This document shows, one piece after another, positions 1 through 11,889 of a stretch of DNA of 64,000 nt (the stretch's first letter is position 1; each line of letters begins with the position of its first letter). The position numbers and the translations under genes were made by a program. Source of the stretch: Dendrobates tinctorius (Eukaryota); contig NW_027361679.1 of the NCBI RefSeq assembly GCF_039654945.1, positions 36,766,001 through 36,830,000 of the forward strand, read 5' to 3'. The notes under the pieces are model-generated. The model did no database searches, had not been told where the DNA came from, and saw only the letters and a list, made by a program, of their open reading frames with translations.

Positions 1-2568
1 GAGGGAAAAAAAACTACATTTTCTCCCCAAAGCATTAGGCAGCTTCGTAACACTATTAACCTGCAGATTAGTCCCATATCTGCAGGTTAATAGGGGTTTT
101 CTGGTGACCGGTTCTCTTTACATTCTGTAAATATCAATTGGCTAAAATTCTAAAAGTTATCTTCTATTCATAGGCTAGGGATTGGGGCTCTGCAACTTGT
201 ATGCTTGACCTCTAGTCATTCATGGTCTACAGGTGTGCGTGAGAAAGACAAGCGCTGTAATTAACCTTCTCCAGCAGTTCTATGGACAATGAATGGAGCA
301 CCTCTGCTTGAAGCCATCAAGATGGGGATGCCGAGCTCAGGTTGGCGAGGTCAGACCCCTAGCAATAAGCAAGTTATCCCCCGTACTATGGATAGGGGTT
401 AACGTGGGTTTTTTTTCCGTAAATTCCCCTTTAACTCCTTTTTAGACCTTGTGATTTTCTGCTTTTGGGCTTTCGTTTGTTCCTCTGCTTTTTCCAAGAG
501 TCATAACTTTTTAATTTTTCCATCAATTTAGCCATGTGACCACTTGTTTTTATGTGGAACGATTTCTACTTTTCAATAACGCCATTCATTTTACCATACA
601 GTGTACTGGAAAATGGTCAAAGAAAAAAAAATGTTCCAAGTATGGTAAAGTTACAAAAAAAAAAAAAAAAAGCGCAATTCCACAATTTGTTTTATTTACC
701 AAGTTCAGTATATGGTAAAACTGACCTGGCATTCTGATTCCCCAGGTCAGTAAGAGTACTCAGATACCAAACAAACACACCGTTTTTTTTTTTAATTTAA
801 GAGGTGAAAAACAATTTTGTTTATGTTGCCATTTTCTCAGACGCGTAGCGGTTTCATTTTTCAGTACCTAGGGCTGGGACAGGGCTTATTTTTTGCGGCT
901 TGAGTTGACTTTTTTAACGATGCCATTTTGGGATAGCTTTTTGTGCATTAGCTATGAATAGCAAAAATTTACTCCTCAGGTATGGAAAAACTGTCTTAGA
1001 GATGGACCAGACGTCATCACTGCGGGATATCCTCAATGGCTGCACCTGACTGGAGAATTATTTAGTATTTCTCAAATTTTAGGACAGAGTAAAATATCTA
1101 TACACTCTACTTTGGCGCACTCCATAATGTCTTATTTAAAGAGGACTTTTCACCAATTTTTTCATTTTAAACTGGGCGCAAAATATAACAGTGGCTGCCG
1201 AGTGGAATTAAACTCTATTTTTTGCTTCTTTTCTGTGCAGATATTAGCAATCACAATGTTTGGCACATAATGAGTTTAAAAAAGCTAAATCCAAGTGGAT
1301 GTTATCAGACAGTTTTCATTGTGGACGTGTCCTTCTCCCTGTGTGCTGCTGGCCAATCATAAGCAGGCAGCAACATTAAGAAAATCCCCAAAATACATGT
1401 CCTCACCATTGCTTAGGTTTCTCAGTGTGTGAGATGAAATGATACAGCTCTGATCTCCTGGTCTAACCTCCTGCATGAGTCAGTGTGGGGGGGGAGAAGA
1501 AGTACATCTCAGTTTAGAAGTGTCACATTACAAACCCTTCCATCAGCTACTCTCCTCTCCTAGCATTTTCCAAACCCACCTGCCTGGAGGTGTGTCAGCA
1601 CTCACACTTATGTCTGTTGTGCTCAACTTGTACATGCACTACAGGAAGATTGGAGAAGGCCAACATGATCTGGCTCACACAGTAGTTGAGAAAAGGCAGG
1701 AGCAAGATGTAATGACAGTCTGTTCGCACTGCAGAGCAATTACAAGTTGCTTGAGTAGTACAGCAGATATAAATGTGATTACATCTCACACACTGAGAAA
1801 TCTGCTGTAAGCTATGGTTGGGGCGTGTTTTTCTTTCCTTTGATTGTAACTGCCTGCATATGATTAGTCAGCAACATACAGCGAGAAGTACACACCTTCA
1901 GTGAAATCTATCTGATAACACTCACTTTGAAAAAAGTTAACACATTATGTGCCAAATACTTTGCCAATATCTCCGCAATGGTGAGATAATATACACACAC
2001 ACGTATATTCCACCCTGCAGTAAGCCTCATTAACTCATCCATCTCGCATGCACGGGTTACGGTATATACATTTTTTTCACAGATACAACATGGACCCGTA
2101 ATATATTGTGCTGTTCACAAGTCCAGGTTTTTGGGGGACCCCATGTCCATGCAAATGACACGGAGACATGTCCTTTTTTTTTTTCTTCCATTTACAGCAG
2201 CACGGATGAAAAGTGCCAATAAAAATAAAAAACACATGCAGCACACGGATGGCATCTGTGTGCAGTCTGTGTTTAACATTGGAATAGAGATAGGAGATTC
2301 TTTGTAATTCATTTATTTCTTTATCTTTCTGTGAAAAACCCCTGACGACACACTGATGGGCACAACATTGACGACACCCGTAACATTTTTTCATGTGAAT
2401 GAGGCCGAATATTGTATGTCAAGTTCAACCGGAAAAATTTGGTAAAGTCTAATCTGTCTACAAAGTTGGATGTAATGTGTTCCAACACACGAGAGACTAA
2501 TCTAGAAACCCTAAGAATGTAAGCAAATCAAGTAAAACCAAAGTGTCAGGCAACTTCACAGTACGAGG

Positions 2569-2687
2569 CATGCTACAGGTTAGAGGTGTGACCAGCCTAA
2601 CCAAAATGTTCCTGACAATATCCCCTGCCCTTTAGTGGTTCTTGCCCGGTGTGTAAATATTAGTATGTACGCATGCCACAACATGCA
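2569..2687 (-). promoter_or_regulatory. Cluster of (U)GCAUG RBFOX-type motifs downstream of the cassette exon
   Basis: Plus-strand catgc at 2569, 2672 and 2682 reads GCAUG on the RUFY3 transcript, 190-310 nt downstream of the exon. Confidence 0.4.
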
Positions 2688-2876
2688 GGGGAGACAATGT
2701 AGCTTGTGCATGTTAAGTTTAGCATAAAACACTGAATTCACATTATTAAATCATATTTGTACAATTGTCTCCTTTCCTGTCGGTTCTTGTAAAAGCCACA
2801 GTAAACCAAACCTGGATAGTGAAATGACAAAGTGCCAAAGCAAGCGAAGCATTTCTCATGGTGGGACGGGACGCAC

Positions 2877-2930
2877 CTTTTGGATCAGGACGCATTTTCT
2901 CCACCACCTCTGTCAAATCCTCCCAAGAAT
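2877..2930 (-). CDS. RUFY3: RUFY3 54-nt cassette exon, (D)SWEDLTEVVEKMRPDPK
   Basis: Acceptor tttgcaaag| before 2930 and donor |GTGCGT after 2877. Phase 1/1, in frame with exon 1. Resembles the DSWEDLT...DP insert of the longer rodent Rufy3 isoform (from memory). Confidence 0.85.
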
Positions 2931-4909
2931 CTTTGCAAACAGCACACATATAAAAAAAAAACAAATGAAAAGAAAGAAGCAATAACTTCATGGCAGGCAC
3001 ATAGAGGGCAGATAATGACATTACACAAGGATTTAATAGCTTGCTCCACTGCTCGAGTTACACAGATCATAAGGAAACCATTGGGTAATCTAAAGCAGCA
3101 GCCTAGTCAGGAGACCGGCACACAACATCTCATACCCACAAAGAGTCAGCAACCACGGGAAAGCCAAAAGGTACACGGCAATGTTATGTGCGGAGGACAG
3201 CAGACACGAAGGAGCACATGACTAAGAGCTGTGTTATCGCCCACATAGGACACCCAAGAGCAACACTCAAGGTGCAGCTTCCAAAGGGTTCATATCAAAG
3301 AATGCTTCCCACCAGTGGACAAGGCTAGGACAGCAGACCAGAACAGTTAAAGGGATTTTCCAACCCTTAAAAAAATTGCAGCAGAGAGCCAAGAAAATAA
3401 ATGATAAGAAGTTATACTTATCCCAGGAGTCCGCTGCCATGCCAGTGGTCTCCGCTGGACTGGAAGCAATGTCGTCACCACCGCATGGCTGCAGGGTCAG
3501 AAGAACAGTAGTCAGGGCGTCATCGCTTCCTGGCCGGCGGAGACCACTGGAGCTAACTACAGATTCCAGTGTCAATATAGCTTCTTTTATGAGCATGGCT
3601 ACATACAAAAAAAAAAAAAAACACGGAAAAACCCTATATGAACACATTAATGTTCTATTCACTGAAGGCTTTAAATTGCTGGATTTGTCTCAGATATAAC
3701 CCTGTCCTGATTGAGATATCCCTCGTCTTTTCATTCATATACAAGTTTTTGTTTTTTTTAGTATTGTTATAAATGTATACAGGGGGAAAAAAAAAAAAAA
3801 GGAATTGTCGTGGGTTATTCCCATTTAAAGAAATCTATACTATGATTGTACAGGATTTGTCACCTGTGTTATCTGGTATAAATGATACTACTCTGATTTT
3901 TACTGCTCCTAAGAGATGACCCAATTCATTGTATGTAAACCTAGTACAGATAGCTAAAGGGTATGATCCTCAATAAGAAAAGGTGAAAATCATGCCCCCT
4001 GAGCTATCAAGACAAAAGGAAGACAAGGACATGTTAGGAACGAAGAAAAGGGGGGGGGATGTCAAATTCAGGAAAATAGTGACATTTGCAGGACAAAAAA
4101 AAACATTCATGGCAAGCGACAGGTCCTCTGTAAACACAAGTACTACAGGTACAAAACCCACCTTACCCGAGCAAGGTCCATTTGCATAGCTCCAGATGCA
4201 AGTGGCCTGGGTGTTAGGTCAGTAATATGTATGATAACAAGTAACCCTGTGCCCACGTAGCGTTTTAAACTGGACACTCAAAACCGGACTCCTTCCCAGA
4301 AAACGTGCGTTTTTTTCCCCCCCGAGCGATTTTACCGCGATTTTACAAAATCCACGCGGCCAAATCCGCACCCCAATCCGCAGCGTGTGCACGTACCCTA
4401 AAGGTATATTCACATGTGATAGAAAAAAAGCGGTGTGGATTCTACTGCAAATTTTATCAAGAAGCTACAAAAAAAAATTCACAAAAAGGTTTATTTCATT
4501 GTGAAAACTCAGCCAAAAACTGAAATCGCAAGGATTTCAAAATCCACAAGCAGGTCAGTTTCTGCATGGATGCATCCAAAGCAAGTGAATGAGATAGATA
4601 GATAGATAGATATTTCTAAATATACCATTCACTCCAGGATTTCTCCTCAATAATGAATAGAGAATAGCAAGGGCATGTGTATACGACTTTAAGACAACTG
4701 CAGACACACCAAGGTTTTCCAAGGCAAAACTGCTTCAGTAAAAAGTTGGCAGACACTTTCCCGAGGCGCCTTTGCAGGCAGTTTTATCGTCGTTTTTGCT
4801 GTGGCTCCACTGCCAATGTCTTTTTGTTCCTTTAGGGTTTAGCTACAACTAGCAAATAAAGCATGAAGAGGTTATTTCTTGAAATCGTTTCACAGTTTCC
4901 AAACCCTTA

Positions 4910-7354
4910 GGCTATGTGCACACAGTGTGTTTTTGATGCGTTTTGCGGCGTTTCTTCCGCACAGAAATGGGCCAAAAACGCTATGGAAGCCTTATGCTAG
5001 CTAATTCAATGGCAATCCTGACGTGTTGTGCACATGATCAGTAAATTTCCTTAAGAATTTGCAGTGCATTTTTTTCTACAGCTTGTCAATTCCTTGTGCG
5101 TTTCTGCAGCATTTCCCACACATTGACTTCAATGGAGACAGTCAAATCCGCAGCAAAAACACAGGTAGGAAAATGTTTGTGGATTTGCTGAGTTTTTGGT
5201 TTTTGTTTTACCAGCTTCCTATGGCGTTTCCCACACTGTCATCTGTGTGACAGCATGGCAAACATCGGCGCAGTGGTTCTTATCGACAGTAACACTACTA
5301 CAGATAAGACCGTCGGTCAGACGCTGCAGGGTCATGCTGCCAGATTTCAGCATGATCCCACAGCTGTGACTGTGACACGCAGCGGTGACCTGCAGTAAAA
5401 AGCTTGCGTGGGCTGATGAGTCTACCACTCCCATCGGGCTACGTCTGCTGTCACTGATAAATGATAGCAGGTGCTGCTGATGGGAGACGTAGTCTCATCA
5501 GCCGGCGCCTGTGCTCACAGTTGGAAGGAAGAAAAAAAAAAAAAAGGAAAACAATTACATACACATTCAAATAAAAACCCACTATAGTCACCTAAAAGCC
5601 CAATCCCCGATGCCCTTGTCTCCTAGCAAAAAAAATGTAAAATAATAAACCAACATATACTCATCTGTCTGCCGTAGTCCATGTAATCCCAAGTGTCCCA
5701 CAGTGATCTCACGTATAGAACAGTCACATTGGGAGATGTGACTGCTCTACTTGGCCGCCGGTGATACACAGCGGGAGCGATTACCTCCTGTTAGTGTATC
5801 ACTGAGCTGCTGTGAGACTTCACCAGAGTTCATCAGCTGAGAACTTTCTCATGGCAGCTCAGTAATACACTGTGGGAGCGTTCACCTCCTGTCAGCGTAT
5901 CGCTGACTGTCTTTGAGAGCAGTCACTGATGTGACTGCTCTCAAAGTGATCAGGATCGTCGTGGGACATTATGGACTATCTTCTCTGAGGACAGGTGAGG
6001 AATATTGTGGTTTATTATTTTATTTTTGTTGCAGGAGACACTGACTTCAGTGAATAAGGTGTTCGGTGAGTATGATTTAATTAAGATTCTGGAGTGTCAT
6101 TTCAAATAAACGACTTTACTCTGGGAGTCTGTGTTTTTATACAATATCACTATGAGATTACTAATATATAGGTGTCTTATAGACGCCACTCCATTAGTAA
6201 CCTTTGTAACAATACAAAGGTGACATCAATCCCACTTGACACCGCTACAGGGCAAGTGGGAACAGCGAGGCTAAGTGCCAGATTTGGAGCAACTGAGAGC
6301 TGATGTTTTCCGTCTGGGAGGGGCCAATATCCATGGCCCCTACCTAAGCTATTATAGGGGGACACCATGTCAATCTTTTTCTGATGTCCCCCTGTAAATT
6401 AGTCAGTAAAGGCTAAGTAAACAGCCTTGAGCTGATATAAATAGACTGGGAACCTTTATGGCTATTGGCTCCTTCCCAGAATATTAAAATCAGCCCTCAG
6501 CTTTCCCTCTACTGGTTATTAAAATTATGCAGGAGCCCAAGCAATTTTTTTTCTTTAAAATTAACAGTGGCTGTCTGGTTACAGCCTATGTGCGCTCGTT
6601 CTGCTAACGCTCCTACATAGGCTGGGGACAATGTGTGTTTGTGTGTGTGTCTGTGTTTACTTATCGGCTTAGATGAGGGTGTCGGGCTGACACCTTTTCA
6701 TTACTAAAGCCCCCGTTACACATAGCGATATCACTAGCAATATCGCTGTAACGTCACCGACTTTGTGACGTAGCAGCGATATCGCTATGTCTGATACTTA
6801 CCTCCGACCGGCTCCCCCGCTGCTCATCACCGGTCGCGCGAGAACGTCCTGGATCATTTCTCGTCGGGCGCTTCCTGCGGCGCCGACGAGCGACGCGGGC
6901 GTGAGGACGTCAGGATCGCTGCGTCTGACAGGTAAGTAGCGACCCCCGACCCCTGCGATGTCGCTGGTGAAATCTGCCTGTGTGGCAGCTCACTAGCGAC
7001 CACTTAGCGATGCACCAGCGATCCATATCGTTGTGGGGATCGCTGGTGCATCGCTAAGTGTAACGGTACCCTAAGTCTAGAGCCAGGTGTCAATGACAGC
7101 TGCTGACACCAAGCCCTAATCCCATTACCCTGATGCCACACTGCATCATCATGACAAAGGTGGTGCTATATCAAGAAATTACATCACAGTTTTAAAAAAA
7201 GTCTTTATTTAGCTTTATTAGCCTTAATTGCTGTACAAAAGTGCATACAAAAAATTCATACAAAAACGCAAGTTTTTTCTGCAGTGTTTTTCCTGCCAAG
7301 AGATGCAGAAACCTTGCCGAAATTTCTGCAAGCAAATACTCAACGTGCACAGCC
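4910..7354. mobile_element. Large non-autonomous PIF/Harbinger-type element with a nested MITE
   Basis: TTA|ggctatgtgcac...gtgcacagcc|TTA ends, internal inverted segments, no ORF. Confidence 0.55.
6708..7071. mobile_element. Harbinger-type MITE (ATCGCT-repeat family)
   Basis: TAA TSD; imperfect TIRs agcccccgttacac / gtgtaacggtaccc. Near-identical relative at 19490-19896 and a more distant one at 22216-22535. Confidence 0.8.
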
Positions 7355-7496
7355 TTAAGTGGATAAAAGTAGCAACAAAAGACTAAACATAAACACGGCA
7401 GTGTTGTTTTTGCATTGATGTGCATTATGTTCGCTTTTTGCAGCACTTTTACAGGCAGAATGTGCATTGAAAAAGATGCCATGTGCACATGTCTTT

Positions 7497-8684
7497 ACAT
7501 AGTTATATAGGTTGTAAAAAGACATGGATCCACCAACTATACATTCTCTATCATTAGATTACTTATAACCCACAATGCCATTTGTTGTGATAAAAGGCTA
7601 TGTGCCCACGTAGCGTTTTAAACCGGACACTCAAAACCGGACTCCTTCCCAGAAAACGTGCGTTTTTTTCCGCCCGATTTTACCACGATTATATTCGCGT
7701 TTTTGCAGCGATTTTCGCGTGCGAAATTCAAGCACTTTCCAAGCGATTTGAAGCATAGCTTGGAAAGTGATTGACAGGTTGGTCACACTCGTCAAACATA
7801 GTGTTTGACAAGTGTGACCAGCTTTTTACAATTGAGGCTGCCTATGCGGCATCAATAGTAAAAGACAGAATGTTAAAAATGATAACAAAAATTAAAAAAA
7901 TCGGGGTATATTTACCTTCCGACGCCCCGCGCAGCCTTAGCGACGCTCCCGTTCCCAGCGATGCCTTGCGACACCTGTGATGTTGTTGGTCTCGCGTTGC
8001 TATAGTGATCTCACGAGACCGCTAGAGTAACGCGAGACTACGTCATCACAGGTCCTTGCCGCAAGGCATTACTGGGAACGCTGAGGCCCGGGAAGGCTGC
8101 GCGTGACGCCGGAAGGTAAGTATTCCCCGATTTTTTATTTATTTATTTATTTTTTTTTTACAAGGGTATGGTACCCAGGGCCTGGAGGACAGTCTCCTCT
8201 CCTCCACACCGTGGGTACCATCCGCACATGACACGCTTAACTTTGCGCATGGTGGGCATAGCCACATGCGGGAAGTAAGCGGTTCTCATGCATTCCTATG
8301 GGTGCGGAATCGCGGCAATTCTTTGCGATTCTGCAAAAAGAATGAGCATGCTGCGTTTTTTTCCACGATGCGATTCCGCCGCGGAAAACAGCGCAGCATT
8401 AGCACAGCATGTGCGGAATGCCATAGGAATGCATGGGGGGCGTTCTGTACGAGTTTTTTAAACGTTTTTGAGCCGAAAATCGCGGCAAAAACGCTTAAAA
8501 ATCGCATCGTGGGCACACAGCCTAAAGAACCCTTCCCTTATTAGCTTCTTTCCTCTAGATGTAAAAAAACGCCCCCTGGTCCTTAGTATGGTCTTTGGAA
8601 GGAGTGAGTCATGTGCCAGTCCTTTGTACTGACCACACATGTATTTACACACATAAAAGATCTCCTCTGATGTGCCTTTTTCTA
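7497..8684 (-). mobile_element. Old CR1 LINE 3' fragment split by a MITE
   Basis: Minus-strand ORF 8458-8652 (KYMCGQYKGLAH...RTRG) resembles the CR1 ORF2 C-terminus. The putative 3' UTR part is at 7497-7595. Confidence 0.5.
7596..8522. mobile_element. Harbinger-type MITE
   Basis: TIRs ggctatgtgcccacg / cgtgggcacacagcc with TAA-like TSD. The same left end recurs at about 4245-4320. Confidence 0.8.
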
Positions 8685-8685
8685 A

Positions 8686-9034
8686 GGGTGCATTTACATT
8701 GCTTTCTGTGTCTCAGTCTGGGTAAATGTCCGAAATCCCCCGCAGAATGGGGTCCGGACGCATTCGACAACGGGGCCAATAGACTGTATGGTGACAATAG
8801 AAGGAATGTGTGCTCTGCCGTGCATCATTTTCGGGAGTGTACGCCTACAGGAGGCGAACAATCAGATGTAGCAGATTGCGTCCGAGTGTCCGCCTCCTGT
8901 AGGTGTACACTCCCAAAAAAGTGCATCATCATTACAGTCTATGGCCCTGTCTGCTCATGCGTCCGGACCGCATTTTGTGGGGGATTTCAGATATATGCCC
9001 CAATGGGGACACAAAACGCAATGTGAATGCACCC
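8686..9034. mobile_element. Harbinger-type MITE
   Basis: TIRs gggtgcatttacattgc / gcaatgtgaatgcaccc; palindromic body. Confidence 0.7.
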
Positions 9035-9037
9035 CAA

Positions 9038-9512
9038 TTTGTCCTCGACAGCCGCCTAACGGCCCATCAGGCAATACAATCTCTAACTGTAACAGAGCCT
9101 CCTGCCCCGCTTCAACAGCAGATGCCTCTTGTGCTCGTACTACCCCTATTGCAAAACATGGCCTGTCCCCATATGAGATATTGTTTGGTACTAGGCCCCC
9201 AATTGCAAATTTCCAGAAGAAACTGACCATGCTGTTCAATATGTTATTCAGCTTAGTAAAAATCTTGCTAACACCCATGCTCTAGTTTCTTCTTCTCTTC
9301 CAGATTCAGCAGAAACCGACACCTGTCATAACCTGAAGCCTGGTGATTTGGTAGTCGTGAAAAGGCATGTCAGAAAGCACAGACTAGAACCCTTGTATGA
9401 CGTTCCCTATCAAGTCCTCCTCATCACCCCTACATCAGTGAAACTAGAAGGAAGACCGACTTGGATTCAAGCATTGCCCTGCAAGCTGGTTAAACAAGCC
9501 AATAGCAAATAA
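9038..9512 (+). pseudogene. Endogenous retrovirus pol relic (integrase C-terminus)
   Basis: Frameshifted translation TTPIAKHGLSPYEILFG...HNLKPGDLVVVKRHVRKHRLEPLYDVPYQVLLITPTSVKLEGRPTWI, a GPY/F-type integrase tail. Confidence 0.85.
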
Positions 9513-9521
9513 GGGGGCATA

Positions 9522-11365
9522 ATGTTTTGGTCTTTCACATTTTCCATATTATTATTGGTAACCGCATGGGACAGCCTAAATTCCCCAACGTCCTTGAATA
9601 ATAAGTTTATACAACATCATGAAAAATTACTGAGAGATTTGTTGGATAATTGCCAGTCTCTGGCAGACTGTTGGATCTGCACGTATTCACCAGTGTCAAC
9701 CACAAGCATCCCCCTTTTTGGCTATTCCTGTTCCACCTGAGGAGTTATTTGCTTGGACTAACTGTTCTGACACACTTGCTAATAGTGCCACAGATAATGC
9801 TAAGTTATGGAATTTAACTGTTAATATACCTATTGTGGGATGGGTGGGATACCCCTGGTGGCAAGGTAACCTTTCAGGAAGCAATACACAACTTAGAATC
9901 ATAGAATCATAGAATCGTAGAGTTGGAAGGGACCTCCTGGGCCATCTGGTCCAACCCCCTGCTCAAAGCAGGATTCGCTAAATCAGCCCAGTCAGATGTC
10001 TGTCCAGCCTCTGTTTGAAGACATCCATTGAATGAGAACTCACCACTTCTCGTGGCAGCTTGTTCCACTCATTGATCACTCTGTCAAAAAGTTTTTTCTA
10101 ATATCTAATCTGTGTCTCCTCCCATTCAGTTTCATCCCATTGCTTCTAGTCTTTCCTTGTGCAAATGAGAATAAAGATGATCCTTCTACGATGTGACAGC
10201 CCTTGAGATATTTGTAGACAGCTATTAAGTCTCCTCTCAGTCTTCTCTTTTGCAAACTAAACAATCCCAAATCCTGCAACCTTTCCTCATAAGACAGGGT
10301 TTGCAGACCGGTCACCATTCTGGTTGCTCTTTTCTGAACTTGCTCCAGTTTGTTGATGTCTTTTTTAAAATGTGGTGCCCAAAACTGGACACAATATTCC
10401 AGATGAGGTTTGACCAAAGAGGAGTAGAGGGAAATAATGACTTCACGTGATCTAGACTGTATGCTTCTGTTAATACATCCTAGAATTGCATTTGCTTTTT
10501 TTGCTGCTGCATCACACTGTTGACTCATATTCAGTTTGTGATCTATTAGTATACCCAAGTCTTTTTCACATGTGCTGTTGCTTAGGCCTATTCCTCCCAT
10601 TATGTATATGCTTTTTTCATTTTTATTGCCCAGATGTAGTACTTTGCATTTTTCCCTGTTAAAAACCATTCTGTTAGTTGCTGCCCACTTCTCCAGTTTA
10701 TTTATATCTTTTTGAATCCTCTCTCTCTCTTCTCTAGTATTAGCTATCCCTCCTAGCTTTGTATCATCAGCAAATTTAATCAGTTTACCCTCAATTCCTT
10801 CATCTAAATCGTTGATAAAGATGTTGAACAATACAGGGCCCAGGACAGAGCCCTGTGGTACCCCACTTGAGACATTCTTCCAACTGGATGTGCAGCCATT
10901 TACGACCACTCTTTGGGTCCAATCACTAAGCCAGTTATGAATCCACCTAACAGTTGCCTTGTCCATTCCATACTTAGTCATTTTTTTCAATAAGGATTGT
11001 ATGAGATACTTTGTCAAATGCTTTGCTGAAGTCAAGATATACTATATCTACAGCATTTCCTTGATCCACCCAATCAGTGATTCCGTCATAGAAGGAAATT
11101 AAGTTAGTCTGACATGACTTATTAGTTACAAACCCATGCTGACTCTGTTTAATCACTTAATTCTTATCCAATATTCACAATATTTGGCCTACAAAGGAGG
11201 GGCTTGGGTCCCTAAGAATAAGACTAGTCTAACCAATCTAGGGCAAATTCCAATATATGGTTTACAAGTCAGTTTCAATGTAACTTCACACTCTACTGAT
11301 GCCTTCAAACCAATGTTGCTAGAAAGAAGGTTACATAATACGTCATGGGAATTTTCTAATTTTGT
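9522..11365 (+). pseudogene. ERV env relic (SU N-terminus), interrupted by CR1 at 9894-11177 and truncated near 11365
   Basis: Signal-peptide-like MFWSFTFSILLLVTAW starts just after the pol stop. Has a CWIC motif and many N-x-S/T sites. Env-like reading resumes after the CR1 (QYLAYKGGAWVPKNKTS...NTSWEFSNFVC). Confidence 0.75.
9894..11177 (-). mobile_element. 5'-truncated CR1 LINE (RT C-terminal half and 3' UTR)
   Basis: ORFs 10974-11156 and 10076-11035 contain QHGF...[19 protein letters not shown] and FADD. One frameshift in a T-run near 10981. (ATTCTATG)n 3' tail at 9894-9920. Confidence 0.95.
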
Positions 11366-11692
11366 TTGCCGCCGTCATCATCTGCTCCCCTCCCCCTTCT
11401 CTAGGCTCCCCCTACCTCCCAACTCCCCCCCTCACCCCGCCCCCCCCGGTACCTCCAATGTCCCTCTCCGGCTCCCGGTGTCCCGCGGTCCTGCTTCATG
11501 GGCGCCGCCATCTTGGAAAATGGCGGGTGCATGCCAGTGAGCCCGCCGGCTTCAGAATCATTAATTCATTTTGATCACTGTGATAAACTCTCACAGTGAT
11601 CAAAATAGAATGAAAAGTAAATAAACCCCCCGTTTATCACCCCCATAGGCAGGAACATCTAATAAAATAAAAGAAATTATTTTTATTTTTCC

Positions 11693-11880
11693 ATTAGGGT
11701 TAGGGTTGGAACTAGGGTTAGGGTTGGAACTAGAGTTAGGGGTGTGTTGGGGTTAGGGTTGGAATTAGTGTTAGGGGTGTGTTGGGGTTAGGGTTATGGT
11801 TAGGGTTGGGATTAGGGTTAGAGATGTGTTGGGGTTAGGGCTGTGGTTAGGGGTGTGTTGGGGTTAGGGTTGGAGTTAGA
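11693..11880 (+). repeat. Degenerate interstitial telomere-like (TTAGGG)n tract
   Basis: Many ttaggg / ttgggg / ttagag units interspersed with gtgtg. Confidence 0.85.
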
Positions 11881-11889
11881 ATTGAGGGG

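Noticed and set aside
2746-3021. 91-aa ORF as a secreted protein
   Set aside because: The hydrophobic start is the translated polypyrimidine tract. Only 2877-2930 is exon.
11693-11880. True telomere or chromosome fusion site
   Set aside because: The tract is short, degenerate, single-orientation and embedded in a transposon whose relative has the same tract.
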